In this document: piece by piece, positions 62,601-64,000 of the stretch
Position numbering within the stretch: the first letter of the stretch is position 1
Layout: each line of letters starts with the position of its first letter
DNA from: Macrostomum hystrix
Lineage: Eukaryota; Animalia; Platyhelminthes
Length of the DNA: 64,000 nucleotides
Assembly (NCBI GenBank): GCA_950097015.1
Contig: CATNEN010000002.1
Coordinates: forward strand, 620,001-684,000
Direction of reading: 5' to 3'
Notes under the pieces: model-generated
Databases searched by the model: none
Told to the model about the DNA's origin: nothing
Seen by the model: the letters and a program-made list of their open reading frames with translations, nothing else
Translations under genes and position numbers: made by a program

Positions 62601-63981
62601 CCGCTGCCACTGCTGACTGGCGGCCTCGGCACGACGCAGGCGTTCCTGTGCTTCGGCTGCACATTCACCGGCCGAAGCAAGCTCTGCGCGCAGCTGCTTA
62701 AGCATCTGCAAATGCGCAAGCCGATATGTACAGAAAATATCGAAATATTGAAGTTATCGTATTCTGGTTTAATCCGAACTTAGCGCTTTGGAACTACAAC
62801 CATGAGATTTGTGGTTTTAATCACGATTGAGAGAAAAGAAATGCCCTTCTATTTTATTTAATTTTCTGAAGTCCTCAATTGTTTTCATTCAATAAATTTT
62901 AAGGAAACTAAAATTGATTTTACTGAACTTTTTCATTTCAGCACTACATACCTCCGATCTCTGATTCGCCACATTCACGGCGTCGTCAAACCGTTCCTCC
63001 AACGATTTGGCTTCAGCTTTTAGTCTCAACAGAGAGTCGTGCCGTTCAGCAATCTCGCCCGTCAGCGCGTCTCTTGTCTCCTTCGAGCTGGACTGCAGCT
63101 TCTGCAGGCTGTCAGTCAGTCGTTTTACCTGCTCCTGAAGCTCGGCCTGCTGCGATCGGAGCGTCTCATTCTCGCCGCGCAGTCGGCCGATGGTCGCCTC
63201 CTGACGACCGCCGGAGTCGGCGGACCTGGCTGCAGTGTCGAGCTGCCTCCTCGCCTCGGACAGCTGCTGCTGAAGGTCCTGACAGCGAGCCATGGAACTG
63301 TTCAACTGGAAATTTTCGAGGTTTGACTTGAAAACTTGGTTAGATAAAGTTAGTCATGTGGTGTGTTTGCTGTTGACACTAAAATCAACGTCACCTATAT
63401 TTAGGCGTTCTAAATATATAACAAAGAAATCTGTAAGTTGAGTCAGTATACCAAAATAGCATTGTACGAGTAAAATGTTGGCATTGTAAGAAGTTTCAAA
63501 TTAAGTTTCGTTTCAACAGCTGGTTTTCCGTTGAATTAAATAGACAAAATGTTTGTTATATCAAACCACGTTTAGTAACAGTAATGTGTCACGACAGAAG
63601 CTAAAAATGCATTACATAAGCAAAAATAAAAAAATAGTTTAAACAAACTATTGTCTGATTGCCATGTTAGGCCTTTCAGCACTAAACTTTTGCCAATAGC
63701 ATATAGCTACGAGCTAAACGCGTTATCAAGCTCAAACATAATCTCAAAATCTCAGTGTATATCCCAAATTTCTCACAAAATGTAATAGTACATGTAAGTC
63801 TTTTATTGTATATCACTCACAATCTCACTGTCTATTCCATATATCCTCACTGTCCATGAAACATAAATATGAGTACTTAAAAAGGCGTTAACAAAAAAAG
63901 AAAATCTAAAAGCATTACCTCTCCTTCCTTCTTTTTTAAATTGCCTTCCAACGTGGATAGTTTGTTACGCAAAGAACTGTG
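53683..63981 (-). CDS. Long coiled-coil protein, PMFBP1-like; at least 14 exons (~1180 codons), continues beyond the window
   Basis: Exons 63981-63919, 63305-62952, 62705-62424, 61235-60879, 60078-59983, 59907-59824, 59326-59021, 58462-57935, 57533-57144, 56597-56187, 55566-55255, 54650-54459, 53950-53858 and 53763-53683, all with lengths divisible by 3. AWVQDQKAASDKLGKKIKDQSRAI recalls PMFBP1 [24 protein letters not shown] (from memory; family call tentative). Confidence 0.8.
54236..54345. repeat. ~17-21-bp tandem repeat (TAGTTTGGGAAGTGACT), ~5 copies
   Basis: Directly visible. Confidence 0.85.
54836..55000. repeat. 15-bp tandem repeat (TGCTCAGGGACCTTG), ~11 copies, derived from a SINE2 head
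   Basis: The array runs directly into GGACCTTGGTGCGAGAGGCAAACGCTTTACCCGCTCTC, the reverse complement of the SINE2 head. Confidence 0.92.
56609..57112. repeat. 22-bp minisatellite (GAGATTCTTGTTTAATCTCACT), ~23 copies, filling an intron
   Basis: Directly visible; internal inverted repeat TGAGATT/AATCTCA. Confidence 0.98.
59335..59465. repeat. Degenerate 7-bp repeat (GGATT(G/A)A)
   Basis: Directly visible. Confidence 0.8.
60255..60728 (-). mobile_element. tRNA-derived SINE (family 3) interrupted by a captured exon fragment
   Basis: Head GGGCGGATAGCTCAGTCAGTAAGGTGTCGGACTC, duplicated B box GGTTCGACTC, and CORE/Meta-like body GCCTTTGGCAAGCTG...CAGCTGGAAATGAGTACC. Confidence 0.7.
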
Positions 63982-64000
63982 CTGAAATCAGGTTTTGTTG

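Overview
Eukaryotic, intron-containing genomic DNA with GC-rich exons, AT-rich introns, and many minisatellites and SINEs. The style fits an invertebrate such as a free-living flatworm (Macrostomum-like), but this is inference only. From left to right: (1) 1-24.3 kb holds a minus-strand tandem cluster of multi-exon immunoglobulin-superfamily (IgSF) receptor genes inside a recent ~11.7-11.9 kb tandem duplication. It contains two near-identical copies of 'gene Y' (poly-Cys signal peptide, several Ig-like domains, TM helix, Tyr-motif tail) and two damaged or TM-less versions of a paralog, 'gene X'. (2) A 4-exon melatonin-receptor-like GPCR (-). (3) A hAT remnant, a 26-bp satellite, a MITE and an intronless divergent protein kinase (+). 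(4) A CEP89 homolog (+) whose last intron carries an intact Ty3/Gypsy element with LTRs that look identical. (5) A 4-exon GTP cyclohydrolase I (-). (6) A long coiled-coil gene (PMFBP1-like, -) that runs off the right edge. No CRISPR array, rRNA or convincing tRNA gene was found. Exon boundaries were read by eye from GT/GC-AG sites and checked for phase consistency; no database searches were run. The most interesting candidate system is the diversifying IgSF receptor cluster.
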